From the sequence record MW749003.1: a stretch of 64,000 bases of DNA; one strand, given 5' to 3'. The stretch's first letter is position 1. The number at the start of each line of letters is the position of its first letter. A program made the position numbers and the translations under genes. Of this stretch, positions 1 to 9,650 are shown one piece after another. Below the pieces are notes generated by a model. That model was not told the origin of the DNA. It made no database searches and worked only from the letters and a program-made list of their open reading frames with translations.

Positions 1-2
1 AA

Positions 3-3000
3 ATGTATGATTATTCTACTAGAAACCTAAGTTTTATTAAGATCTGGAAGTTTCTAAAAGATCAAGGTATAAAAAATAATAAATTCTTTTTAAAATTAAA
101 TGATGAAACATTACAGGGTGTTGATCCATATGATCCAAATTTAACTGATGAACAAAAGGTAAGAATACAGGTTGAAGTAATGACTAACTTTTGGTATTTC
201 TTAAGGGAAGTAGTAAGAATTCCTGAATCGGGCGGTTCTATTCATTTCATGTTACACAGAGCCAATCTTGGTCAAATGTTTCTTATGGAAAATAATATTG
301 ATATGATTGAAATATTACCTCGTCAGAATGGAAAAACTATCGGTGCAGTATGTCGTTATATATGGGTATATCATTGGGCTACCAAAAATACTCATATGAT
401 TTTTAGTAATAAACAATACGCCGATTCTCAATTAAATATTAAACGTTTTAATGATATAACTGAATTATTACCTAGTTATTTAAAGACTCATTTAGACCCT
501 AAAAAAGATACAAATAACTTAGCACAAATTTCATGTGCAAAAAACAATAATAAAATTGATGCAATGAGTACTGCTAGGACTGTTACTGACGCTGACAAAC
601 TGGGTTAACTAACTATGGCTCAGTATAAACTCCTTTAATTTCTGGAACGTCCTTCCAAGGATAATCAGAAGCTAAGACTTTTAAAAGTAAAGTTCAACGA
701 CTATCGAAACCGACTTATTAGATCGTTGTGATAACGCTAGATAAGGATAAGGGAGTAGAGTAGAATACAAGCTATAGGTATTCAAAAAGGGGAGCACCGT
801 ATTTAGGTGAAGATATAGTCTCATCTCTATGGTAACATAGAGCAGTTCATAAGAGAACGGTATAGGCGTAGCGAACCTATATGAAGGTAACTTGCGTGGT
901 TGTACAGTACCAATTATATGGTTAAATTTTTAGCCCATTATAATAGTGATATTATAATGAATCCTTCTTAACTGCTGGAACATCCTTTTAGGACAATCAG
1001 CATCCAAGCATTGTTATATAAATAACAATGAAGGTTCAACGACTATCGAAACCGACTTATCAGATCGTTGTGATAATGCTAGATAAGGATAAGGGAGTAG
1101 AGTACAACTCAAGCGATTGGAGTTGGAAATGGAAGGCATCTCAATGAGATGAAGATATAGTCTCATCTTCATGGTAACATGGAGCAGTTCATAAGAGAAC
1201 GGTATAGGCGTAGCGAATCTATATGAAGATAAATGATGATGAATTTGCATTTTTAAAATATAATGATACGGTATACGCTAAACTGGTGCAAACTGGCGTA
1301 TTAAAACTCTCTTAACTGCTGGAAACTCCTAAAGTCTTTAGTACCAAAGTGTAATAATCTAAAGGATATATGGACAATCAGCATCCAAGCATTGTTATAA
1401 ATAACAATGAAGGTTCAACGACTATCGAAAAATATAATTTGTATTATATTGAGTAGAGTACTTTCAAGCGAAAGGAAAAGGAGAGCATGATGAAGGTATT
1501 AAATACTGGAGTGAAGATATAGTCTCATCTCTATGGAAACATAGAGCAGTTCATAAGAGAACGCATTAGACGTAGCGAATCTAATGGAAGGTAATTATGA
1601 GTGCTGCACCAGCACTATCAAAAGCATCAGAAGCCGCACAGCGTAATGGTACTCCTTACGGAAAATTAATTACAACAACTCCTAAACTATTGGGCAATAC
1701 ATTAGTAATAATGTAATTGAATCTTCCTTAACTGCTGGAAACTCCTATATGGACAATCAGCATCCAAGCATTGTTGTTTATAACAATGAAGGTTCAACGA
1801 CTATCGAAACCACTCTAACAGATCGTTGTGATAACGCTAGTTAGAAGGAAGGGAGTAGAGTACAGCCTAAGTGATTGAGGTTGGAAAAGGGAAGCATCTC
1901 AATGAGATGAAGATATAGTCTCATCTTCATGGCAACATGAAGCAGTTCATAAGAGAACGCATTAGATGTAGCGAATCTAATGGAAGATAAATGAATGATC
2001 TTGATACAGAAATGGGTAAATATTGTAAGGGTATGATTGATGATGCATGTCCATTTGATGAAGCTTGGTATGATTGGGATATTGATGAAATTAAAAAATA
2101 TATTGAACAGAACTCTCGAAATGACTTTGTTTATTTAGTATTTAATTATAAAGAGTTAGGACATGATGACAAATGGTATCAAAAACAATGTCGTCAGCTC
2201 AATAATGATTTATTAAAAATTAAACGTGAAATATTATTGGAATGGACATTGGCTAACGATACTTCACCTTTTTCAGAGGAACAATTAGCAGAAATTGGAC
2301 AACATGCAGGTGAACCTATTGGTAAGTTTTATGTAATGAAAAGATATAAATTTGAAATTTTCAGTGAAATGCGAAATATATTTAAAAAATCATGGCTAAT
2401 CGGTATAGATATTGGGGCAGGTTTGAATCGAGATTTTACAGTGATATCTATTATTGATCCTAAAGATATGGTTCAAAAAGCAGTATTTAGAAGTAATAAT
2501 ATATCTTTGCCCGATTTAAAAGATTTGGTTATACACCTAGTATTAGAATTTTGTCCTAATGGTGTCATTATTCCAGAACGAAATAACTTAGGTATCTCTT
2601 TAATACAAGATCTACTACGTTCAGAAGTAGCTAATAACTTATATTATGAAGTTAGAGAAGTAAAGGGAGAAAAGAAAGTTGATGACCCAAAAAGATCATC
2701 TAAAAAGACAGTTAAGACTAAAACAAGAGTTTATGGGGTTACTACTAGTAAAGATAGTCGGGATATAATGATCAATGAGATTCTTAGTAATGCAGTTAAT
2801 GATACTCCACATGTGTTTACAAGTAAATATATTTTTGAAGAATTAAGAACATTAGAAAGAAATAAGAAAGGAAAGATTGAACATAGGGATGGAGGTCATG
2901 ATGATACATTATTCTCATGGCTAGTGGCATGCTATGCTTTCTTATATGGAAATAATATAAATAAATTTGTTAAAGTCATCAGTGATGGCGATAATAATGA

Positions 3001-3205
3001 GAATGAAGAAAATAATAAAGATAGAGCTAGAAATATTTATGCATTGTCTAAAATTAATACTGGTAAAAAATCACAGAGTGAGATATTATTAGAAATGTAT
3101 AAGAATGAAAGTAGATTTTTTGAAGATCATAATGAGAATGATAATAATATTAGAAAGCAAAAAAGAATGAAAAGCCTAAATTTTATTACTAGTTTAAATA
3201 GATAA
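3..3205 (+). CDS. terL: Terminase large subunit, spliced: join(3..605,895..922,1236..1279,1600..1683,1994..3205), 656 aa from the ATG at 3 (true start may lie upstream of the window)
   Basis: Walker A PRQNGKT in exon 1. Removing four introns gives one open frame (1971 nt) reading DKLG|RGCTVPIIW|YDEFAFLKYNDTVYA|SAAPALSK...ITTTP|NDLDTEMG, which restores Walker B (IIWYDE) and the TTP coupling motif. The C-terminal RNase H-like nuclease has IGIDIGAG and HDD motifs. Confidence 0.95.
606..894 (+). mobile_element. Group I intron terL-I1 (289 nt, ORF-less)
   Basis: Exon ends in U; P1 CUGGGU/GCUCAG with U.G. P4 UUCUG/CAGAA, R element UUCAACGACUA, S element AAGAUAUAGUCU, terminal G at 894. Confidence 0.93.
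923..1235 (+). mobile_element. Group I intron terL-I2 (313 nt, ORF-less)
   Basis: P4 UGCUG/CAGCA, R and S elements, terminal G at 1235. Splicing restores the W-Y-D-E Walker B codons (t+at = Tyr). Confidence 0.93.
1280..1599 (+). mobile_element. Group I intron terL-I3 (320 nt, ORF-less)
   Basis: P1 UACGCU/GGCGUA, P4, R and S elements, terminal G at 1599, frame restored. Confidence 0.93.
1684..1993 (+). mobile_element. Group I intron terL-I4 (310 nt, ORF-less)
   Basis: P4, R and S elements. The terminal G at 1993 is the G of the ATG that the ORF track used as a start. Junction reads ITTTP|NDLD. Confidence 0.93.
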
Positions 3206-3208
3206 ATG

Positions 3209-3242
3209 AAAGAATGTAGATGAAAATCTACATTCTTTTTTA
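3209..3242 (+). terminator. Intrinsic terminator after terL
   Basis: AAGAATGTAGAT/ATCTACATTCTT hairpin followed by a T-run. Confidence 0.8.
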
Positions 3243-3259
3243 TATTGAAGAGAATTACT

Positions 3260-3271
3260 AACAAATTCATA
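3260..3271 (+). promoter_or_regulatory. Late (non-virion RNAP) promoter AACA-N6-TA
   Basis: AACA aattca TA, matching the AR9 late consensus, upstream of the 3291 gene. Confidence 0.65.
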
Positions 3272-3290
3272 TGAATTTAATTAAAATTAG

Positions 3291-4085
3291 TTGACACATA
3301 TAGGAGGAAGTCTAATGGCTGAAATGATGGATGAACAAGAAGCAAAATTTTTAACAGATGAAGATATTGATCATGTAATTACATCTTTATCAGATGATAT
3401 TATTTTTGATAGTTTGAAAGAACAGATTAGCAATGTATTTGTACAATCTGATAGTAATCCAGTATACTATATTACTTATTTTACTGGTAAATATAATTAT
3501 ATTATGAATAAATATTCAGAGTATGAAGAAGTATGTGAAAAAATAAAAGAAATTAGAGAAGAATTTTATGAAAAACTTAAAACACTAATTGAAGAAAAAT
3601 TTGATTTTACATTAAATTTACCTGCATTCTTTGATGATGAAGAGAAGTTTAATATTATTGGGAACCTTTATGATTTCTTCATAATTAGAAATAAAGTAAA
3701 TTCAGTTAATGTTATCTCTGGATATATTGACAAAGAAATTAAGGATCTTATTAAATACTATAAACCTTTAATTGATAAAAAAGATCTTACCTATAATAAC
3801 ATCAAGAAGACTATTAATAAAGATATTGCAGTAATTATTTGTAAACTACCTGACATTATTTCAAATCTGACTGTGGAATCTGGTTTTGATCTAGTACAGC
3901 TAATGATAGATGATGAACAAGAAATTACGAATATGGTTATTGGTTCTTTATTTGATGAGAATACTGAATATATTAATATTGGAGAAAGCTTTATTGATAA
4001 TATTCTTAATGCTATTAAGAAAAATGAAGTATATTATTTGCAGGCTAGAACTCAATTAGTAAATAAATATTCAGATAAAAAATAA
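3291..4085 (+). CDS. Hypothetical protein, late class (likely start ATG 3315)
   Basis: Long ORF; GGAGG RBS before ATG 3315; late promoter. Confidence 0.8.
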   Translation: MTHIGGSLMAEMMDEQEAKFLTDEDIDHVITSLSDDIIFDSLKEQISNVFVQSDSNPVYYITYFTGKYNYIMNKYSEYEEVCEKIKEIREEFYEKLKTLIEEKFDFTLNLPAFFDDEEKFNIIGNLYDFFIIRNKVNSVNVISGYIDKEIKDLIKYYKPLIDKKDLTYNNIKKTINKDIAVIICKLPDIISNLTVESGFDLVQLMIDDEQEITNMVIGSLFDENTEYINIGESFIDNILNAIKKNEVYYLQARTQLVNKYSDKK

Positions 4086-4105
4086 ATTATTGGAGGACTA
4101 TATAA

Positions 4106-4816
4106 ATGGCAATTATTGATAGTAAAAATAATGATATGATTAAAACAATGAAAGGTCTTCAAGAAAGTTCAGAATCACTATTAAAAACTTTTAAAGATTT
4201 AGGTTTAGATAAAGAAAATAAAGAAGAGTTTGAAGAATTAGAAAAGTCTGCTAATGAAATTAAGCAAGAATTTGATACTATTGCTACGATTGAGGAAGAA
4301 GTTAAGAAATATTCTGGCTGTAGTGCTTTTATTAAACAGCTAGAAGAGGTTCTTGAAGATGATTCACAGAGTGAAGAATTAAAAGAAAAAATTAAGAGAC
4401 AGATTTTTATGATTAAAAGTAGTTATAATTTTAAAGCATTTAGTGAATTACAACCTACTTTAAAGCCTAAAACTTTACTTAATAATTATAAAGCATTACG
4501 AAATAAAGCTGAAAATAAATTAAAGAATAATGATACTTTCACATTTAATACATCCTTTTATTTAGAAAAAATGATTAAAGGAGTATTACCAGATGATTTG
4601 AAATCTTACTCTAGAATGACAGCATCATATATTTATGCTTTTATTAATACTGCTTCTCTTAAACGTGGTGGTTATGCTATCTTTGTTGGATTTTTAATTA
4701 ACAATATTAATAATTTAGATAAAGAGTATCCAGAAAAACAAGAACTTGTAGATAATCTTATTAAATTAACACAACTTTTAAAAGATGAATTGATTAGTAA
4801 TGCTAAATGGAAATGA
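4106..4816 (+). CDS. Hypothetical protein
   Basis: 236-aa ORF with GGAGG RBS, followed by a hairpin at 4830-4866. Confidence 0.8.
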   Translation: MAIIDSKNNDMIKTMKGLQESSESLLKTFKDLGLDKENKEEFEELEKSANEIKQEFDTIATIEEEVKKYSGCSAFIKQLEEVLEDDSQSEELKEKIKRQIFMIKSSYNFKAFSELQPTLKPKTLLNNYKALRNKAENKLKNNDTFTFNTSFYLEKMIKGVLPDDLKSYSRMTASYIYAFINTASLKRGGYAIFVGFLINNINNLDKEYPEKQELVDNLIKLTQLLKDELISNAKWK

Positions 4817-4874
4817 AATAAATAAAATGAGTAAACCTATATATTAAATTATATATAGGTTTACTTATTATTAA

Positions 4875-4886
4875 AACATAATATTG
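4875..4886 (+). promoter_or_regulatory. Late promoter AACA-N6-TG
   Basis: AACA taatat TG upstream of 4917. Confidence 0.6.
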
Positions 4887-4916
4887 AACTACTAAGTCAT
4901 GAAAGGAGTTTAACAA

Positions 4917-5663
4917 TTGAAATATAATTTTTTAAAGAAAGTTGATAATAAAATAATTTTTGATGGTGAATATATGGAAGTTTATATTCCTAAAGACTAT
5001 TTTTCAAAAGGAATTGCTAGTTATCATGGTGATATGGTGAATACATTAGGGGTTTTTAACTTTATGGTTTACACTCAACCAAAAGAATCCAAAAATAAAG
5101 GTGAGATTCATCTATTAAAGCTTCCTATGGAAATAAAGTTTGAATTTACAACATACCATGATATATCTACTAAATTAAGAGCAGACTTAGATAAGGACGA
5201 TTATAGAGTTTTTCAATTGGAAAAAGGCTCTGTATTCATTGATAATGTTATTAAAGAACAATCTGCTGAAAACAGTAAAAAATTTATTTACCTACTTCAT
5301 GGTGGAAAATTACCTAAATCACTAAAGTACAGTGATATAATTGACTTATATCATGAAAGTATCTCTTTAAATAAAGTAAAATTAAATAACCCATCAGTAA
5401 TATTTGAATTAATCATTGCTGAACTATGTCGCTATAGAAATAATACAGAAGTTCCATTTAGAATGATGATTGGTAAAGAGAATGCTAAAGTATCCGACTA
5501 TGACTATAATAATATAGCTCTTAAGAAATTACCTGCTATTAACTCAACATTTAATGCAATGACATTTGAAGATATTAACCAAGCCATTATATCTTCAATT
5601 CGTAAAACTCGTAATAATGAGAATGAAAATCCATCACCTGTAGAAAGAATAATTAAGTACTAA
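4917..5663 (+). CDS. Probable RNAP beta' C-terminal-fragment-like subunit (virion RNAP)
   Basis: C-terminal FELIIAELCR...STFNAMTFEDINQAII...SPVERII parallels SELIIREMMK...SLSRSLLFEQVKKQL...SSILDKLL in the 31421 beta' subunit. Confidence 0.55.
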   Translation: MKYNFLKKVDNKIIFDGEYMEVYIPKDYFSKGIASYHGDMVNTLGVFNFMVYTQPKESKNKGEIHLLKLPMEIKFEFTTYHDISTKLRADLDKDDYRVFQLEKGSVFIDNVIKEQSAENSKKFIYLLHGGKLPKSLKYSDIIDLYHESISLNKVKLNNPSVIFELIIAELCRYRNNTEVPFRMMIGKENAKVSDYDYNNIALKKLPAINSTFNAMTFEDINQAIISSIRKTRNNENENPSPVERIIKY

Positions 5664-5683
5664 AATTTTCTTATTTGTAAAAG

Positions 5684-5695
5684 AACATTTAATTA
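5684..5695 (+). promoter_or_regulatory. Late promoter AACA-N6-TA
   Basis: AACA tttaat TA upstream of the sheath gene. Confidence 0.7.
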
Positions 5696-5728
5696 ATGAA
5701 ATAAAGATTTCTGTAAAGGAGAGATAAA

Positions 5729-8692
5729 ATGGCTACTGAAGCTAGTACATCACAATCAATTTCTACTGGTACTGAAGTAAGTCCTACTTGGTTACACCCA
5801 AGCGTTACAAGTGTAATCAATAGTGAAGAGATCACTTATCAAAGTGGCTCTGGACAACAAAAAATGCTTTCTATCTTTACTTCTGAAAAAGGTGAAGATA
5901 ATAAACTAGTACTATATACTGATCCTGATGAATTTATTGCCAAAACTGGTAATCCAAATCTTAAAAAATATGGTCAATCAGCTTATAACATCATTAACTG
6001 GTTAAAGGCTGGTGGTGAAGTTTATGGTATGCGTGTAATGCCTGATAATGCAGGTTTTGCTCATGCATTCTTAAATGTTCTTTCTAAAGTTGATACTAAA
6101 AAAGTCAAGGATAAGGACGGTAATGCTGTTTCCTATAAAAATGTTACATTGAAACCAGCAGTTGCTTATTCAGATGTAAATAATGTATCTGAAACTCTAT
6201 TAAACTATGAATTAAACAAAGATAGATCTGCTGATGAGACTATTGATGGATTTAAGAATCATTTATTATTTGCAGTCTATCCTACAGGACGAGGAAGCGC
6301 ATATAATAACTTAGGGTTCCGAATTACTCTAAATACTTCTTATGATGAACAACATGATTTCCGTGTTTATAATTTTGAAGTAATTAGATATGATGAGTAT
6401 AATACTGCTAATATTATTGAAGGTCCATTTTATGTATCTTTAAGTCCTGACGCTCTTTCTTCATCTAATGAAAGTATGTTTATTGCAGATGTAGTTAATA
6501 AGTATTCTACTCATTTAAGATGTATGTTTAATGAAGATGCTTTCCTTGATCTTTGTCGTACTATTAATCCAGATGTTTCTCCATCTAAGATTGATCCACT
6601 AACAGGTAAGACAAGAACTGTTCGAGGTGTAGTTGATACTTTCTATAGTAACATTACTAAGAAATTTGAAGATACTCATATTTCTTTACATCGCTATGAT
6701 ACTAACGGAAATGTCATGACTGATTCTAATGATAATCCAATCTTGAATATTATTGATGCTGGTGATCTAATTGAGCAATCAATTCTATTGGCAGATAACA
6801 CTTATCGTAAACGTATGTATGAAAGATATCTTGCTGGTATCGATTATATGAAACAAGTGTTCAATAGTATTGAGAATAATGATTATAATACAATCATTAC
6901 TAAATTGCTTTATACTCCTGATGGTGTAACTCCTGAATCTGGTTTAATTCCAGAAATGGTTGAAAAGCTAAATGGTTATCATACTACTATTCAAAACCTT
7001 GTAACAGTATTTAATAGTAGTCATTTAGAATCAGATTTCAATCGGATTGTTACTGAAAATACTCTTGTTGAACAAGGTATTAAAGATATTATGAGTCTGA
7101 TTGGTCAACTTCTAAGTTACCATAAAGCATTAGAAATGAGTTCAACAGTCCTTGATCTAGATGAGAAAGTTAATTCTGTTTACAACAAGTTAAATCTTAA
7201 AGAGATTATTGATATCCGTGCAGTTTCTAAAAAAGATAAGATTAATGAAATTTCTGACACTATTCTTACTTTAAAAGGAACTGGTGATGAAGATGAACAA
7301 GCAAGTGCTTTAACTTCTATTCTTTCTGATATTAAAACAACTATTGATTATCTTCTTATGATCATCAACGAAAATTCTCTATCTGCTACAGATATTAATC
7401 AAGCAGTAACTCGTTATAATGCAATCATTGATATGTATAATGCTATCTTTGATCCAATTGTATCTAACGATGCGGCTAAAACTATTCTTGCTAATATTTA
7501 TAACAGTCTAGATGAATTAGTTGCAGATCTTTATAATATTTGTGAACTTGCTATCGTTAATATTGATTTACTTATTATTGATGATATTATTAGTAAGAAA
7601 ATTGCAAATATTGTATCTGGTATTGTTCCTGTAACATATACTAATACTGAATTGTATGCACAAAAGGTTTCTACAACTGAAGGCAAAGCTGAACTATTAT
7701 CTAGTATTCGTAAGAATATTGATAACTCTACAGCTGTTGTAACTGTGATGAAATCTATTGTTTATACTACTCAACTTCAAGATTTTAATTCTCCTGCTAT
7801 TTTTATGAATGGTAGTGATGGTGATCTTGATGAAAGTAATCCTACACTTAAGAGTAAAACTATGTTGAGCCTCCTAGTTAAAGGATACCAAGGATTAATT
7901 GATGATAGTGTTACTAATCGTAAAGTTGCTCCTTTCCAATTTGTATTAGACGCCAACTATCCAACAGATGTTAAGAATGCAATTGTTACATTGGCGAGAG
8001 ATATCCGTAAAGATATTTTCTTCTATGCAGATTCTGGTATTCAAGCTAGTCCTGCAGATGCTATTAGTTGGAGAAATGCTTCTTTCAATGTATCTTCCCA
8101 ATTCCTTGGAATTTATACTCAAGACTTCGTAGTTTATGATGAGTATAATGGAAGAGATATTAAAGTAACACCAACTTATTTCTTAGCTACTAAGATTCCT
8201 AGTGTTGCATCTCAATATGGATTGCAATATCCAATTGCAGGTAACAAACGTGGTACAATTGATGGATTTAAATCTATTAGTTATGTACCAAATGAATCTT
8301 ATAAGGAACAATTATATACTCGTCAGTTGAACTATGTAGAACATGATAGTAAACGTACTAAGTTTGGTAGTCAATTAACAGCTGATATGCAAAGAACTCC
8401 ATTGTCTAATATCAATAACGCTATCATTGCTCTTGATATCAAACGTAATGTTGAGGAAATGGCTGAAGATTATCAATTCGAGTTTGAAGATGATGAAACT
8501 ATCAGAACATTCCAGTACAATCTTAATGATTATCTATCTACCTACATTTCTAATAGAAGTTGTGATGAAATTTCTGCAACCGTATATGCATCTGATTATG
8601 ATAAAACTCAACAGATTCTTCGTGTTAAAATCACAGTTAAGTTTAAAGCGGTTGTTGAACGCATCGTAATTAGTATTGATGTAGTTAAGTAA
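5729..8692 (+). CDS. Contractile tail sheath protein
   Basis: 987 aa. Sheath-like N-terminus (GNPNLKKYGQSAY...GGEVYGMRV) and C-terminus (DANYP...IAGNKRG...LSNINN...FEFED). Followed by a tube-like gene. Confidence 0.88.
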   Translation: MATEASTSQSISTGTEVSPTWLHPSVTSVINSEEITYQSGSGQQKMLSIFTSEKGEDNKLVLYTDPDEFIAKTGNPNLKKYGQSAYNIINWLKAGGEVYGMRVMPDNAGFAHAFLNVLSKVDTKKVKDKDGNAVSYKNVTLKPAVAYSDVNNVSETLLNYELNKDRSADETIDGFKNHLLFAVYPTGRGSAYNNLGFRITLNTSYDEQHDFRVYNFEVIRYDEYNTANIIEGPFYVSLSPDALSSSNESMFIADVVNKYSTHLRCMFNEDAFLDLCRTINPDVSPSKIDPLTGKTRTVRGVVDTFYSNITKKFEDTHISLHRYDTNGNVMTDSNDNPILNIIDAGDLIEQSILLADNTYRKRMYERYLAGIDYMKQVFNSIENNDYNTIITKLLYTPDGVTPESGLIPEMVEKLNGYHTTIQNLVTVFNSSHLESDFNRIVTENTLVEQGIKDIMSLIGQLLSYHKALEMSSTVLDLDEKVNSVYNKLNLKEIIDIRAVSKKDKINEISDTILTLKGTGDEDEQASALTSILSDIKTTIDYLLMIINENSLSATDINQAVTRYNAIIDMYNAIFDPIVSNDAAKTILANIYNSLDELVADLYNICELAIVNIDLLIIDDIISKKIANIVSGIVPVTYTNTELYAQKVSTTEGKAELLSSIRKNIDNSTAVVTVMKSIVYTTQLQDFNSPAIFMNGSDGDLDESNPTLKSKTMLSLLVKGYQGLIDDSVTNRKVAPFQFVLDANYPTDVKNAIVTLARDIRKDIFFYADSGIQASPADAISWRNASFNVSSQFLGIYTQDFVVYDEYNGRDIKVTPTYFLATKIPSVASQYGLQYPIAGNKRGTIDGFKSISYVPNESYKEQLYTRQLNYVEHDSKRTKFGSQLTADMQRTPLSNINNAIIALDIKRNVEEMAEDYQFEFEDDETIRTFQYNLNDYLSTYISNRSCDEISATVYASDYDKTQQILRVKITVKFKAVVERIVISIDVVK

Positions 8693-8704
8693 TACAGTAA
8701 TAAT

Positions 8705-8737
8705 GTATAGTGTGAGGATAATTGCCTCACACTATAC
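8705..8737 (+). terminator. Hairpin between sheath and tube genes
   Basis: GTATAGTGTGAGG/CCTCACACTATAC perfect 13-bp inverted repeat. Confidence 0.6.
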
Positions 8738-8752
8738 TATTTATAATAATTA

Positions 8753-8764
8753 AACATATTGATA
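8753..8764 (+). promoter_or_regulatory. Late promoter AACA-N6-TA
   Basis: AACA tattga TA upstream of the tube gene. Confidence 0.65.
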
Positions 8765-8801
8765 TAGAACTTTTATATTATGAGAGAAAGGTGAATGATT
8801 A

Positions 8802-9599
8802 ATGATTAAACAAGGTAACGTTAGAGTTTTTGACTCTTCACTGGCGCAACAGCAATCATTCTTCACTGGTGGCTTAAATCTCAAACAACTAGCTTTTGAC
8901 CCATTGGTTACTGGTTATGCGTTTATTGTTTGGACTAAATTACCAAAATGGATTGTCCAAGAATATCCAGGATTCAAAGCTATGACAGAGAAGAACTTTA
9001 AAGGATTCACTGGTCTAGAAGATATGGAACTTCAGACACAACAATACCAATATGGTTTTGCTAACAATGATTATAACGTTGCGGCTGGTATTACTAAAAA
9101 TAACACTGAATTCACTCTTCGTCATCAAGAGTATTCTGGTAGTCCTATTAAAAATATGTATCAGTTCTGGGTTTCTTCTATTTCAGATCCAGAGACAGGT
9201 ATTGCAACATATCCAAAAGTATATGGTATGGAATATGCGGCTAAAAACCATACTGGCGAGTTAATGTATATTGTTACACGTCCTGACGTTAATAATACTG
9301 AAAAGAGAAATATTGAACAAGCTGTTTATTATACTAATGTAATGCCTAAACGTATTCCATTATCTCATTTTGATTATACTCAGGGTGAACATAACCTAGT
9401 AGAGCTCGAAATTCCATTTAGTGGAAATATGCATATTTCTTCTAAAGTAGATAACTATGCTAAGAAACTTCTTGCTACTACTTACTCCTTTGTTACTGCT
9501 GGTCTATTTGATCCAGAAAAAGCTAATGTTGGTGGACGTTATCTTTCTGAATTTAATAATAGTGCTGGTAGCGTACAACAAGGTCTTGGTGATATTTAA
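8802..9599 (+). CDS. Tail tube protein (probable)
   Basis: Directly downstream of the sheath gene; 265 aa, beta-rich, with FDPLVTGY and WV...DPETG motifs typical of jumbo-phage tube proteins. Confidence 0.72.
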   Translation: MIKQGNVRVFDSSLAQQQSFFTGGLNLKQLAFDPLVTGYAFIVWTKLPKWIVQEYPGFKAMTEKNFKGFTGLEDMELQTQQYQYGFANNDYNVAAGITKNNTEFTLRHQEYSGSPIKNMYQFWVSSISDPETGIATYPKVYGMEYAAKNHTGELMYIVTRPDVNNTEKRNIEQAVYYTNVMPKRIPLSHFDYTQGEHNLVELEIPFSGNMHISSKVDNYAKKLLATTYSFVTAGLFDPEKANVGGRYLSEFNNSAGSVQQGLGDI

Positions 9600-9608
9600 T
9601 AATAAAAT

Positions 9609-9642
9609 AAAAGCATATATCATAATTGATATATGCTTTTAT
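9609..9642. terminator. Bidirectional terminator between tube and portal genes
   Basis: AAAGCATATATC/GATATATGCTTT flanked by A- and T-runs between convergent genes. Confidence 0.75.
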
Positions 9643-9650
9643 TCTTTAAA

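Noticed and set aside
1014-1250. 78-aa minus-strand ORF
   Set aside because: Antisense to intron terL-I2 and exon 3; no RBS; explained by the ribozyme sequence.
1991-3205. Independent 404-aa gene starting at ATG 1991
   Set aside because: The ATG includes the intron's terminal G (1993); there is no RBS; it is terminase exon 5.
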